From assembly GCA_016871445.1 (NCBI GenBank), contig VHDH01000005.1:1842-65841 (forward strand): DNA of 64,000 nucleotides, given 5' to 3'. Every line of letters begins with the position of its first letter. Within the stretch, counting starts at the first letter, position 1. Both the position numbers and the translations under genes were made by a program. The notes beneath the pieces are model-generated. The model ran no database searches. It was not told the origin of the DNA and was given only the letters and a program-made list of their open reading frames with translations. Below are positions 45,761-55,018 of this stretch, piece by piece. The DNA comes from Verrucomicrobiota bacterium (GTDB lineage Bacteria > Verrucomicrobiota > Verrucomicrobiia > Limisphaerales > SXTU01).

Positions 45761-48643
45761 GTGGCCCGTAAAGACAATGCTAACGAAAATGAGCCGCCGC
45801 CCATACGTGGCGAGGGAGGTATCATCGGTTTGGGGCTGCTCGCCGCCGCCGTGCTGCTATTGCTGGCGCAGTTCTCGTTCGACAAGCACGACGTGGCACT
45901 CAACACCGCCGTGCCCAACCCGGAAATCCACAACCTCATCGGCCGCGTGGGCGCACATGTGGCCAATGCGGGTTTCTTCGCCTTTGGGGCTGCCGCATAT
46001 TTGCTCCCACCGCTGCTGCTGCTCATCGGCTTAGTGCCGTTCATGGGCCAACTCCAGCACCTGCGCCGCCGCTGGCCGTGGTGCATCGTGCTGCTGCTCT
46101 GTCTGGTCGGGCTATTCGACCTTTTCCCCGGCGCGTTCGGGCGCATCGTGCGCGCGATCAACTCTGGTTACGCAGGCGGCAGCATTGGCATGTGGCTGAA
46201 CCAGTATCTCTTCAAGCACTTCCTTGGCACCGTCGGCGCGTCAGTGGTCTTCCTCACACTTTACGTCGTCGGCCTGATTTATCTCACCAACTTTGCCCTG
46301 CTCGACTGGGCCCGCAGCCTGTTCCTGCGCGGCGAGGATTCCGCTGTGAGCGGTGCCGCCGTGAGCGCGGAGGAACTTGCCCTGCAACGACGCGCAAAGG
46401 AGCTCGAGAAGGAAGCCAAACGCCTCCAAGAGGAAGTGGAGCGAGCGAACAAGGCAAAGTCGGCAAAGGTCGCACCCGCCGACCCACCTACCGAGCCGGA
46501 ACGAACCGGCCCCGAACTCGGCGCGGATCTTCAGCCCGTGCCAGAGCCAAAAATCCGCGACCTCTCCGTACCCCAAGCCAAGCCCGGCGATATCGCTGTC
46601 AAGGTGCGGCGCAAGGAAAAGCCTGCCGAGACGCCGGCGGAAGATTTGAGCCCAAGCACCGCGGCCAAGCCCTCGCTGCAACGAGCCGACGACGCTATTA
46701 TCATCAAGGCCGAGGAAGTTGCCGCTGCCACGACAGCAGACATTCTCGGCAACGACAACGAACTCCCGAAGAAGCCAGAGAAAGCCCCTAGGCCGGTAAA
46801 AGTTGAGCCGCTGGTCGAATCAACCAAAGCGGCGGAATCAGAGCCCGTCGCCCCCAGTGAGCCACTGGTTCACATCGCTGACGCGCTGGCCGTCGCGACC
46901 ACTGAAGCTCCAAAGTCTGAGGAACCCAAGCTCACTGAACCCGCCACGCCTGCCCCGGCCATCTTGGACAATAGCGGTACTGCCCCGCGCCCGCGTCCCA
47001 AGCCGCAACCCAAAAAACCAAAGCCGATGACCGTTGCGAGCGTACCGCTCATTGGAAATTACCAAGTGCCGCCGCTCGATTTCCTCCAGCATCCAGACCT
47101 GACCGTGAAACCCACGGAGTCAAAGGAGGACTTGATGGCGAACGCGCAGTTGATGAAGAACACGCTTGCGCAATTCGAAATCGAGGTGGCGATGGGCGAC
47201 ATCACCAAAGGCCCGACCATCACGCGTTACGAACTGCATCCTGCGCCCGGCGTGAAGCTGGAGAAAATTACCGCGCTCTCGAACAACATTGCCGCCGCAC
47301 TTAAGGCCGAGCGCATCAACATCCTCGCCCCCGTGCCGGGCAAGTCCTCCGTCGGCATCGAGGTGCCCAACCGCGTGAAGACCAAGGTCATCATGCGCGA
47401 CCTGCTCGAGTCCGAGGAGTGGAAGCACAGCAAAGCGCGCATCCCACTGGCGCTCGGCAAGGACGTTTACGGCACGCCGGTCATCGCCGACCTCGCGGAC
47501 ATGCCGCACGTGCTGATCGCTGGCAGCACCGGCTCGGGCAAATCCGTCTGCATCAACTCCATCGTCGCGTCGCTGCTCTACCGCTTCTCGCCGGACCAGC
47601 TTCGCTTCGTGATGATTGACCCGAAGGTCGTCGAGCTGCAGCAATACAACGCGTTGCCTCACCTCGTCGTCCCCGTCGTTACTGACCCGAAGAAGGTCAT
47701 CCTGGCGTTGCGTTGGGTGGTCAATGAGATGGAAAAGCGGTACCAGATTTTTGCGCGCGTCGGCGTGCGCAACATCAAGTCCTTCAACGACCGTCCTAAG
47801 GACAAGCCGCTTCCGCAGGCCGAGCTGGAACTGCCGCTGATCACAAAAAAGGAAAAGGTGGAAGCCGGGGCGGATGGCTTCGCAGTGCAGATTGACGATC
47901 AGATTGTCGTGCCGCGCGATGAAGACATCATCATCCCCGAAAAACTTAGCTACATTGTCGTCATCATTGACGAGTTGGCCGACCTGATGCTCGTCGCACC
48001 CGCCGACGTGGAGATGTGCATCGCGCGCATCACGCAGATGGCGCGCGCCGCTGGCATCCATTGCATCGTCGCCACACAGCGCCCGTCTGTGGACGTCATC
48101 ACCGGCGTCATCAAGGCCAACATCCCCGCGCGCATCGCTTTCCAGGTCGCACAGAAGGTGGACAGCCGCACCATCCTGGACGCGATGGGCGCGGACAAAT
48201 TGCTCGGCAAGGGTGACATGCTCTATCTCCCGCCCGGCTCGGCGAAACTCATTCGCGCGCAGGGCGTACTCATCACCGACGAGGAAATTAACCAATGCGT
48301 CGAGTTCATTGCCAAGCAGGGCAAACCCAGCTACGAGATGGAAATCCACAACGCGCTGCAAAAAGCCCCCAGCAGCGTCGCCCAACCCTTCGACGCTGAG
48401 GAAGGTGAAGGCGAGGATGAGGTTCTCATCGAGCAATGCATCGAGGTTATCCGCAGCGAGCAGAAGGCCAGCGTCTCGCTCCTGCAACGCCGGCTCAAGA
48501 TCGGCTACGGCCGCGCCGCCCGCATCATGGACGTGCTGGAGGAACGCGGTTACGTCGGCCCCAGCAAGGGCGCTGAGCCACGCGACATCCTCATTGACCT
48601 GGACGGCGAAGGCCACGACGGCGCGGGCCAGCAGGCGGTGTGA
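45761..48643 (+). CDS. ftsK: DNA translocase FtsK/SpoIIIE
   Basis: 960-aa ORF with GTG start. N-terminal TM helices and a Pro/Ala/Glu-rich linker. Motor domain with Walker A AGSTGSGKS and Walker B VVIIDELADL. C-terminal winged-helix gamma domain (ASVSLLQRRLKIGYGRAARIMDVLEERG). Confidence 0.9.
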   Translation: MARKDNANENEPPPIRGEGGIIGLGLLAAAVLLLLAQFSFDKHDVALNTAVPNPEIHNLIGRVGAHVANAGFFAFGAAAYLLPPLLLLIGLVPFMGQLQHLRRRWPWCIVLLLCLVGLFDLFPGAFGRIVRAINSGYAGGSIGMWLNQYLFKHFLGTVGASVVFLTLYVVGLIYLTNFALLDWARSLFLRGEDSAVSGAAVSAEELALQRRAKELEKEAKRLQEEVERANKAKSAKVAPADPPTEPERTGPELGADLQPVPEPKIRDLSVPQAKPGDIAVKVRRKEKPAETPAEDLSPSTAAKPSLQRADDAIIIKAEEVAAATTADILGNDNELPKKPEKAPRPVKVEPLVESTKAAESEPVAPSEPLVHIADALAVATTEAPKSEEPKLTEPATPAPAILDNSGTAPRPRPKPQPKKPKPMTVASVPLIGNYQVPPLDFLQHPDLTVKPTESKEDLMANAQLMKNTLAQFEIEVAMGDITKGPTITRYELHPAPGVKLEKITALSNNIAAALKAERINILAPVPGKSSVGIEVPNRVKTKVIMRDLLESEEWKHSKARIPLALGKDVYGTPVIADLADMPHVLIAGSTGSGKSVCINSIVASLLYRFSPDQLRFVMIDPKVVELQQYNALPHLVVPVVTDPKKVILALRWVVNEMEKRYQIFARVGVRNIKSFNDRPKDKPLPQAELELPLITKKEKVEAGADGFAVQIDDQIVVPRDEDIIIPEKLSYIVVIIDELADLMLVAPADVEMCIARITQMARAAGIHCIVATQRPSVDVITGVIKANIPARIAFQVAQKVDSRTILDAMGADKLLGKGDMLYLPPGSAKLIRAQGVLITDEEINQCVEFIAKQGKPSYEMEIHNALQKAPSSVAQPFDAEEGEGEDEVLIEQCIEVIRSEQKASVSLLQRRLKIGYGRAARIMDVLEERGYVGPSKGAEPRDILIDLDGEGHDGAGQQAV

Positions 48644-48694
48644 GAACCGCGCAGGCCGGTTGAACATTTGCCGCCCGCGGCAGTCAGCCCTCCC

Positions 48695-49147
48695 ATGAAG
48701 AAACTTCTGTCCAGCCTCTTCGCTGCATTCGCGCTCACCCTGCCTGCCTTAGCCGCCGGGCCGACGTGGCTCACCGACCTGCCAAAAGCTCAGGCGCAGG
48801 CCAAGGCCGAGGGCAAGCTGGTGCTGCTCAACTTCACCGGCTCGGACTTCTGCTCGAGCTGCATCCGGCTGCACGACGAGGTTTTCCCGGGCAAAGAGTT
48901 CGCCGAATTCGCGCAGAAGCGGCTCGTGCTGATGGAGCTGGATTTCCCGCTAAAGAAGAAGCAGCCCGAGGCGTTGAAGCAAGCCAACGAGGCAATCCAG
49001 AAGCAGTTCAAGGTGGACGGTTTCCCGACGCTCATCCTGCTGGCGGCCGACGGCAAAAAGCTCGGGGAGGTGGAGATAGATCTTTTCGACGCGAAGGCAA
49101 AAGACCTCGTTGCGGCCATCGAGAAACTCGCGGCCAAAGCCAAATAA
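48695..49147 (+). CDS. Secreted thioredoxin-fold protein (Thioredoxin_7-like, CxxC)
   Basis: The ATG at 48695 gives signal peptide MKKLLSSLFAAFALTLPALAA. WLTDLPKAQAQAKAEGKLVLLNFTGSDFCSSCIRL carries a CSSC redox motif. Confidence 0.75.
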   Translation: MKKLLSSLFAAFALTLPALAAGPTWLTDLPKAQAQAKAEGKLVLLNFTGSDFCSSCIRLHDEVFPGKEFAEFAQKRLVLMELDFPLKKKQPEALKQANEAIQKQFKVDGFPTLILLAADGKKLGEVEIDLFDAKAKDLVAAIEKLAAKAK

Positions 49148-49158
49148 ATTTCGTGGTT

Positions 49159-49190
49159 ACGGGTGACACTACGGACCCGTGTCTCTTTTC
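49159..49190 (+). terminator. Candidate Rho-independent terminator after the thioredoxin-like gene
   Basis: Stem ACGGGT (49159-64) / ACCCGT (49175-80) with a 10-nt loop, followed by the T-rich GTCTCTTTTCC. Confidence 0.35.
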
Positions 49191-49328
49191 CCCTAAAGAA
49201 ATGGTGAGAGCAGGTGACCACGGCCGGATGAAGGTTGCAGCCGCCAAAGCAGGCGCACTGATTCGCGGCCTTTCAACGCGCAGAATAATCACCGCCTGAG
49301 CTGCCGTGCTGGTGAAAAGCGCTCAGGC

Positions 49329-49862
49329 TTACTTCTTCGTTGGATTGGCCGTAGCCTTCGGGTTAGTCGGCGGAGCGTTTGTGCCGCGTGGGATCGTCAC
49401 GTTGAAGCGCACTTGTTCGACCCGGCCGGCGGCGTGGTTCTTTTCGTTCACCGGCGAGTAGGCGATAATACCCACGAAAGTAATGGGAAACTGCGCGTTG
49501 GGCGCGATGACCACTGGCACTAGCGCCGTGAACGCGCTCTCATACACTGAGGCGGGCATCGGGTTGCCAGGGATCGTCTTTTGGCCTGGCGCAGAATACA
49601 CCGGCGGAAACGAGCGCGCGGCGGGTGTTGTCCCGAGCTGCATTTGCGTGGGTGTAGCGCGGGCAACCGACGGACGGTTCGCGTGTAGATAATAGCCGGG
49701 CTGGACCTGGAAGCTGATCGTAAGGACGGCGTTACTGCCGGGCAGAGCGTGGCCGGCGGTTACCTTCGCGCTGTCAAAAGTAACGACCGTGTTCGCCCCC
49801 TGACCGAAGACCGAGGCTGAAGTGAAAGTGAGAAACGCCAGCAGGCCAAAAAGATTTTTCAT
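49329..49862 (-). CDS. Secreted protein resembling the DsbD N-terminal (DsbD-alpha/DsbC-N type) beta-sandwich, without Cys
   Basis: 177-aa ORF with signal peptide MKNLFGLLAFLTFTSASVFG. LTISFQVQPGYYLHANRPSVARATPTQMQL matches the 'PGwHiY...Pt.l' pattern of DsbD_N-like domains. No cysteine in the mature protein. Confidence 0.45.
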   Translation of the reverse strand: MKNLFGLLAFLTFTSASVFGQGANTVVTFDSAKVTAGHALPGSNAVLTISFQVQPGYYLHANRPSVARATPTQMQLGTTPAARSFPPVYSAPGQKTIPGNPMPASVYESAFTALVPVVIAPNAQFPITFVGIIAYSPVNEKNHAAGRVEQVRFNVTIPRGTNAPPTNPKATANPTKK

Positions 49863-49892
49863 AAGCCACCTGAATTGGTGATGAGACGTCGA

Positions 49893-50267
49893 CTAGTTGC
49901 CTTTCTTCATTGGCCAGTTGGCCGCGACGAGCACCTTGTGACCACCGATGAGCGAATTAACATTTCGGTAGCCCATGCGTTGCGCGACCTCACACGTTAA
50001 AACAGAGCGAAACCCACCACCACAATACATGATGATCTCTGTGTCCAGATTAGGAAACCGCGCCTCAAGGTCGCGCTCCAGAATGCCCTTGCCCAAATGT
50101 TGCGCCTGCTCGGCGTGACCGGCCTGCCACTCGGTGTCCTCACGCACGTCGAGTAGCACGGCGCACGGGTTAGCAGCCAGGCGGGCGCGGACCTCCTCCA
50201 GAGTCAGTTCGCGCACTTGCCTCCGTGCCTCGTTGACGAGTTTGAGGAAGCCGGGCGAATGGTTCAC
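49893..50267 (-). CDS. Single-domain rhodanese-like sulfurtransferase
   Basis: 124-aa ORF with GTG start. Active-site loop MYCGGGFRS, preceded by the typical LLDVREDTEW. Confidence 0.8.
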   Translation of the reverse strand: MNHSPGFLKLVNEARRQVRELTLEEVRARLAANPCAVLLDVREDTEWQAGHAEQAQHLGKGILERDLEARFPNLDTEIIMYCGGGFRSVLTCEVAQRMGYRNVNSLIGGHKVLVAANWPMKKGN

Positions 50268-50317
50268 GGCCGCACGCTACCCGTGGACGGCACGCGGGCA
50301 AGGAATTTCCCGGCACT

Positions 50318-51253
50318 TCACCGGTTCAGCCAGCGATATGCCATGCGCGCGTTGTCAGCGAAGAACTTCTCCAAGGCCGGCCGGCCCTTCGCACTAAAGT
50401 AATCGTGCGCGATGCCCTGCACGGTGGCGAGCGGAGCGAAGCGCGCGCTCACCGGCCAGTTGCTGCCATAGATGAGTCGGTCGGAACCAAAGGCGTTCCA
50501 CGCAATGTCCAGCCACGGCCGGTAGAATTCCACATCGCGCGGGGCGTCGCCGTCGCGCTTGCCCGTGCCCTCGACGAGCGCGGAGACCTTCAGGAAGACC
50601 TGCGGGAACTTCGCGGCCGCTTCGAGGTCGCGCCGCCAGGGCTCAGAGACGTTCTTCCCATCGATGCGCGTATTGGCGAGATGGTTGATAACCACGCGCA
50701 ACGCCGGCAGCACCCGGCCAAGCCGTGCCACTTCGGGCAGCAGCGTCGGTCCGCCGTTCACGTCAAGTTCAAGGTTCGCGTCCGCGAGGCGCTTGAGGTC
50801 GGCGACGAAGGCCGCGTCGCCCAAGCCCGTGCGCAGTGCGCCCTCGTTCACGCGGATGCCGCGATAGAGCGGGTTCGCTGCAAAGCGCTTCAAGTGAGCG
50901 GCAAACGCATTCTCGCCTGGCTTCAGGTTACCCACAAAGCCAACGATGAATTTCTCCTTTGCCGCAAGATCGAGAATCCACTGATTATCTTCAACGAGCG
51001 GACTGGCCTCGACGACGACAGTGGCGGTGACGGGCTGCGGCACCGGCTGTGCGCGGTAATCGGCGGGCAGCGTGGTGCGGTGCAACAGCGCATCACCCTT
51101 GCCTGGCCACGGCACGCCGCCGGGGCGCGTGGGGTCGTAGAAATGCGTGTGCGTGTCAATGATGGTGAGCGACGCGGCGGCGCGCGGCGCGGCGCAGGCA
51201 GCGGCAGACGCGAGGGTGGTGGCGGCGAGGAACTGGCGGCGGGTCGAGGACAT
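50318..51253 (-). CDS. Tat-exported amidohydrolase-2 family (TIM-barrel metal hydrolase) protein
   Basis: The ORF extends to a TTG at 51289; the ATG at 51253 gives the Tat signal MSSTRRQFLAATTLASAAACAA. Metal-binding start IIDTHTHFYDP. Confidence 0.75.
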   Translation of the reverse strand: MSSTRRQFLAATTLASAAACAAPRAAASLTIIDTHTHFYDPTRPGGVPWPGKGDALLHRTTLPADYRAQPVPQPVTATVVVEASPLVEDNQWILDLAAKEKFIVGFVGNLKPGENAFAAHLKRFAANPLYRGIRVNEGALRTGLGDAAFVADLKRLADANLELDVNGGPTLLPEVARLGRVLPALRVVINHLANTRIDGKNVSEPWRRDLEAAAKFPQVFLKVSALVEGTGKRDGDAPRDVEFYRPWLDIAWNAFGSDRLIYGSNWPVSARFAPLATVQGIAHDYFSAKGRPALEKFFADNARMAYRWLNR

Positions 51254-51261
51254 TGGGAAAA

Positions 51262-51296
51262 CGTTCAACGTCCAACGCTCAACTTTCAACGTTCAA
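51262..51296 (-). repeat. Five tandem heptanucleotide repeats (TTGAACG-like) directly upstream of the amidohydrolase start codon
   Basis: In the minus-strand sense: TTGAACG TTGAAAG TTGAGCG TTGGACG TTGAACG, then TTTTCCCA-ATG. On the plus strand: CGTTCAA CGTCCAA CGCTCAA CTTTCAA CGTTCAA. Confidence 0.8.
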
Positions 51297-51377
51297 ATCA
51301 GAAGCCCGTGGTGAACGGGCGCCGTCCGGCTTTGGACGTTTCTTCCCTTTGCGCTGGGCACCCGCTCGCAGCCTAGT

Positions 51378-52256
51378 TTATTCCGGCGGGCCGCCGTTCC
51401 CAACCCACTGGTCGCGCCGGTGCTTCGCCGTCTCGAAAAACTCATCCATCGCCTTCGCGTCGCCCGCCTCCAGAGCGCGATGGAATTCCTGCAAGTCCTC
51501 AATGAACACACCAAGCGCACGAGCCAGGTGTTTGCGGTTGGCGAGGGCGATGTCCCGCCACATTTCCGGGGATCCGCTGGCAATGCGCGTAGTGTCACGG
51601 AATCCTGTGGCGCAAAGCGTAGGCTGCTCCTTAGGGTGCGCGGGGCTGAGGACATAGTTGGCCAGTTCAGCGGCGATGACATGCGGCAGGTGACTCGACC
51701 GCGCGACCAAGCTATCGTGTTGATCGGGCGAAAGCCGTAGCGGGCGACCGCCCAGCGCCGCCCAAAATTCCTCCATTGCCTTCACCACCTTCGCGGGCGT
51801 CTTTGCGCCGGGCGTCACGATACAGACGGCTTGCTCAAACAAGTCCGCACTGGCTGCCGCCGGGCCGGTCTTCTCCGCGCCGGCCATCGGATGGCTGCCG
51901 ACGAACTGCGCGCCAGCCTCGCTGAAAATCGCCTCCAGCTCCGCCACCAGCCCGCCCTTCACGCTGCCCACGTCGGTGACAAGCGCGCCGGGTTTGAGTG
52001 CGGGCGCGCACTGCTCCGCGAGCCCCCGCATCTGCGCGATGGGCGTGCAGAGCACGACGAGGTCAGCGTCCTTCACCGCCACCAACAAGTCCGTCGTGGC
52101 GCGGTCCACCACACCAAGGCGCGCGCACTCGACGACGCTCGCCTCGCGGCGCACGTAGCCCTCGACGCGCCCGGCGAGCTTGCGCTGCTTGAGCGCCAGC
52201 CCCAGCGACCCGCCTAGCAGGCCGACGCCGACGAGGGTGACTTTCGGGAAATGCAC
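51378..52256 (-). CDS. tyrA: Prephenate dehydrogenase
   Basis: 292-aa ORF with GTG start. Rossmann motif VTLVGVGLLGGSLGLALK, plus DVGSVKG and GSHPMAGAEKTG typical of TyrA/prephenate dehydrogenase. Confidence 0.85.
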   Translation of the reverse strand: MHFPKVTLVGVGLLGGSLGLALKQRKLAGRVEGYVRREASVVECARLGVVDRATTDLLVAVKDADLVVLCTPIAQMRGLAEQCAPALKPGALVTDVGSVKGGLVAELEAIFSEAGAQFVGSHPMAGAEKTGPAAASADLFEQAVCIVTPGAKTPAKVVKAMEEFWAALGGRPLRLSPDQHDSLVARSSHLPHVIAAELANYVLSPAHPKEQPTLCATGFRDTTRIASGSPEMWRDIALANRKHLARALGVFIEDLQEFHRALEAGDAKAMDEFFETAKHRRDQWVGNGGPPE

Positions 52257-52432
52257 GCGCAGATGATGCGGCGGAACCAGCGAACTTCAAACGCATTTTA
52301 GCTGCGCCGCTGGTCCGACAGGATAATCACCCATTGAGCACTTGGCCGACATCGTCCTTAGGCGCGAAGTTCCAGCAGGCTTGACAGGCGAATCTCATGC
52401 GGGAACGGTTTCCTTGGTTAGCTGAATGATGT

Positions 52433-53236
52433 ATGAAGGGAATCAACTCCTCTCGCTGTAGCGCTGCTGCTTTCACCCTCATTGAATTGCTGGTGGTCAT
52501 CGCGATCATCGCTATCTTGGCCGGGATGCTCCTGCCGGCCTTAGGCCAAGCGAAGGAGAAGGCCAAGGCGGTGCAGTCCATGAACAACGTCAAGCAGTTC
52601 GGTCTGTCGATGCTGCTCTACACCGGCAACTTTGGAGACAAACTGATGCCCTACGATGACCTCAACGGCATCAACAACCAGAATTTCTGGATCCCGCTGC
52701 TGCGCTCTAACTCTTCCCTCACCAGCGAAAAGGTGTGGCTCTGCCCGAGCACCCGGGCGAATCCCGCGTTGGGTGGTTTTCCAGTCAACTTTTCCGCCGC
52801 TCCCTCGGGCAATCCGTGGCCGGCATTTTCGGCTTGGTATGGCAGCGCGGCAAGTTTCATAGGCGGCACAACGGGCAGTTATTGCATTAACTCTTGGTAT
52901 CAGCTCCGCACCAGCGGGAACAACAACAACAACTATTTCCGAAATGTCGAAGACGGGACGCCCGCCTCACAGCCACTTTTTTTAGATGGCGGCTGGGTGG
53001 ACACATGGCCCAATTCCACCGACACTCCACCGGTGCGGGCTTTGTGGGGCGGCAACGGCGGCCAACTCGGCGTGGTGGGGGGGATGGCACGGGTTTGCAT
53101 TTCACGGCACGGCCAGGGCGTTAATGCCATCATGATGGATGGTCACGCTGAATTCGTGAAGTTACCCAACCTTTGGGCGTTGAAATGGCATGCGCAATAC
53201 ACACCGCCTGCGGCACTCCCGGTGGTTCCCCAGTGA
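52433..53236 (+). CDS. Prepilin-type N-terminal cleavage/methylation protein with H-X9-DG motif (DUF1559 family)
   Basis: 267-aa ORF with [36 protein letters not shown], and a C-terminal [12 protein letters not shown] motif. Confidence 0.85.
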   Translation: MKGINSSRCSAAAFTLIELLVVIAIIAILAGMLLPALGQAKEKAKAVQSMNNVKQFGLSMLLYTGNFGDKLMPYDDLNGINNQNFWIPLLRSNSSLTSEKVWLCPSTRANPALGGFPVNFSAAPSGNPWPAFSAWYGSAASFIGGTTGSYCINSWYQLRTSGNNNNNYFRNVEDGTPASQPLFLDGGWVDTWPNSTDTPPVRALWGGNGGQLGVVGGMARVCISRHGQGVNAIMMDGHAEFVKLPNLWALKWHAQYTPPAALPVVPQ

Positions 53237-53240
53237 CGAC

Positions 53241-53588
53241 TTACTGCTTTACGGCGGTCACCTGTTTCTTGTTCGCATCAATCACGTAACGAAAACCCGG
53301 AGGAGGAGGAGGCACGGCGCCGTAGGTCTTAATGCTTTCCAACTCCTTAACCGTGGTGGGCAGGCGTTTGTTAGCCGCCACATATTCTTGCAGCATCATA
53401 GTCAGCACGGCTGCGTTAGAAGCCGCCATCTCCGCCGCGTTGCCCGGATTAGCGGGCGTGCCTTCCGGCGCGGCACCGAGTGCGGGAGCCGGGGGCAGCG
53501 GTGGGGGCAGCGGCGTGGGGGCCTGCTTCCGGCAGCCAGCGGGGATCATGGTCAACGCGGCGAGCAGGACGGGCAGGAGTGTTTTCAC
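53241..53588 (-). CDS. Small lipoprotein with C-terminal PPPPPG-x-YVID motif (paralog of 20666..20980)
   Basis: The ORF extends to a TTG at 53636; the GTG at 53588 gives a clean lipoprotein signal (M)KTLLPVLLAALTMIPAGC. A Pro-rich linker follows, then C-terminus YGAVPPPPPGFRYVIDANKKQVT. Tail-to-tail with the DUF1559 gene, 4 nt apart. Confidence 0.6.
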   Translation of the reverse strand: MKTLLPVLLAALTMIPAGCRKQAPTPLPPPLPPAPALGAAPEGTPANPGNAAEMAASNAAVLTMMLQEYVAANKRLPTTVKELESIKTYGAVPPPPPGFRYVIDANKKQVTAVKQ

Positions 53589-53693
53589 GGTGAAAACTAG
53601 GCCGCACCGCAAGCGGGCGGGCAAGCTGATTCTCAACCCGCCTCGCCACTTTCAGCTTTGCACCCCGCTTTCTGCCGGGCATAACGCGCCGCC

Positions 53694-54995
53694 ATGCATT
53701 CGTTTCGCTATGTCGGGAAAGAGTTGAGTTGTGAGGGCGTCTCCATCGCGTCGCTCGTGAAGCGGCACGGGACGCCGCTTTATGTGTATTCGCAGGCCAC
53801 GCTGGCGGACCATTTCGGCAAGCTGGACGCCGCCCTCGCGCCGCTGGATCACCTGATCTGCTACGCCATGAAGGCCAACTCCAACCAAGCCGTCATGCGC
53901 GTGCTCGCCAACGCCGGTGGCGGCTTTGACACCGTAAGCGAGGGCGAACTACGCCGCGTCATCGCCGCCGGCGGTGACCCGGCCAAGTGTGTCTTCGCCG
54001 GCGTGGGCAAGACGGAGGCCGAGATCGCGTTCGCGCTGAAGGCCGGGATTTACTGCTTTAACTGCGAGTCCGAGCCGGAGTTGCAGCGGATCAACCAAGT
54101 GGCCGCGCGGCTGAAGAAAATCGCCCCCGTGGCCGTGCGCGTGAACCCGAACGTGGATGCCGGCACGCACGCGAAGATCACCACCGGCACTTACGAGAAC
54201 AAGTTCGGCATCGCCTTCGAAGAGGTCGAGGGCGTCTATGCCCGCGCGGCAAAGCTCAAGCACCTTCGGCTGCGCGGCATCCAGACGCACATCGGCTCAC
54301 AGCTTACCAGCGTAAAGCCCTTTGAGGCGGCCGTGAGGAAGCTGCTGCCGCTCGTTGCCCGGCTGAAGGCGAAATACCACTTTGAGTTTTTTAGCATCGG
54401 CGGCGGCCTCGGCATCATCTACAACCCTGCGCTTGCCAGCGGCGACGCCAAGTGGTGGAGCTCCGGCGCCGCAGGGGACATCCTCACGCCCGCCAGTTAT
54501 GCCGCGCGGCTCGTACCGCTGCTTCAACCTCTTGGGCTGCGCATTCTCATCGAGCCGGGTCGTTTCATCGTTGGTAACGCCGGCGCGCTCGTCACCCGCG
54601 TCGAGTATGTGAAGCGCACCGGCAAAAAGAACTTCGTCATCGTGGACGCCGCGATGAACGATCTCATCCGCCCCGCATTCTACGACAGCTACCACGAGAT
54701 CGTCCCGCTCACGAAGAAAGCGGGCACACCTGTCAGCTCCGACGTGGTCGGGCCGATTTGCGAGAGCGGCGACTACTTCTGCAAGGACCGGTCGCTGCCG
54801 AAGGTGGGCGAAGGCGACTGCCTCGCGCTCTTGAGCGCCGGCGCCTACGGCTCGGTGATGGGTTCGAACTACAACTCCCGCTCCCTGCCAACCGAGGTGC
54901 TAGTCAACGGCACGAAGTCCGCCGTGGTCCGCTCGCGCCAGAAGCTCGAAGACATCTGGACCAACGAAAGCGTGCCGGCGTGGCTCAAACACTGA
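53694..54995 (+). CDS. lysA: Diaminopimelate decarboxylase
   Basis: 433-aa ORF. PLP-lysine region ICYAMKANSN, plus GGGLGIIY, EPGRFIVGNAG and GPICESGDYF, typical of LysA. Confidence 0.9.
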   Translation: MHSFRYVGKELSCEGVSIASLVKRHGTPLYVYSQATLADHFGKLDAALAPLDHLICYAMKANSNQAVMRVLANAGGGFDTVSEGELRRVIAAGGDPAKCVFAGVGKTEAEIAFALKAGIYCFNCESEPELQRINQVAARLKKIAPVAVRVNPNVDAGTHAKITTGTYENKFGIAFEEVEGVYARAAKLKHLRLRGIQTHIGSQLTSVKPFEAAVRKLLPLVARLKAKYHFEFFSIGGGLGIIYNPALASGDAKWWSSGAAGDILTPASYAARLVPLLQPLGLRILIEPGRFIVGNAGALVTRVEYVKRTGKKNFVIVDAAMNDLIRPAFYDSYHEIVPLTKKAGTPVSSDVVGPICESGDYFCKDRSLPKVGEGDCLALLSAGAYGSVMGSNYNSRSLPTEVLVNGTKSAVVRSRQKLEDIWTNESVPAWLKH

Positions 54996-55018
54996 GGCCG
55001 CGCGGCTGGACGGCCGGA

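Noticed and set aside
52972-52980. T7 run (CTT TTT TTA) inside the second DUF1559 gene as a possible phase-variation tract
   Set aside because: The tract is short, and several 6-7-nt homopolymers occur elsewhere in ordinary genes in this window. It is not distinctive enough, unlike the A9 tract at 35472..35480.
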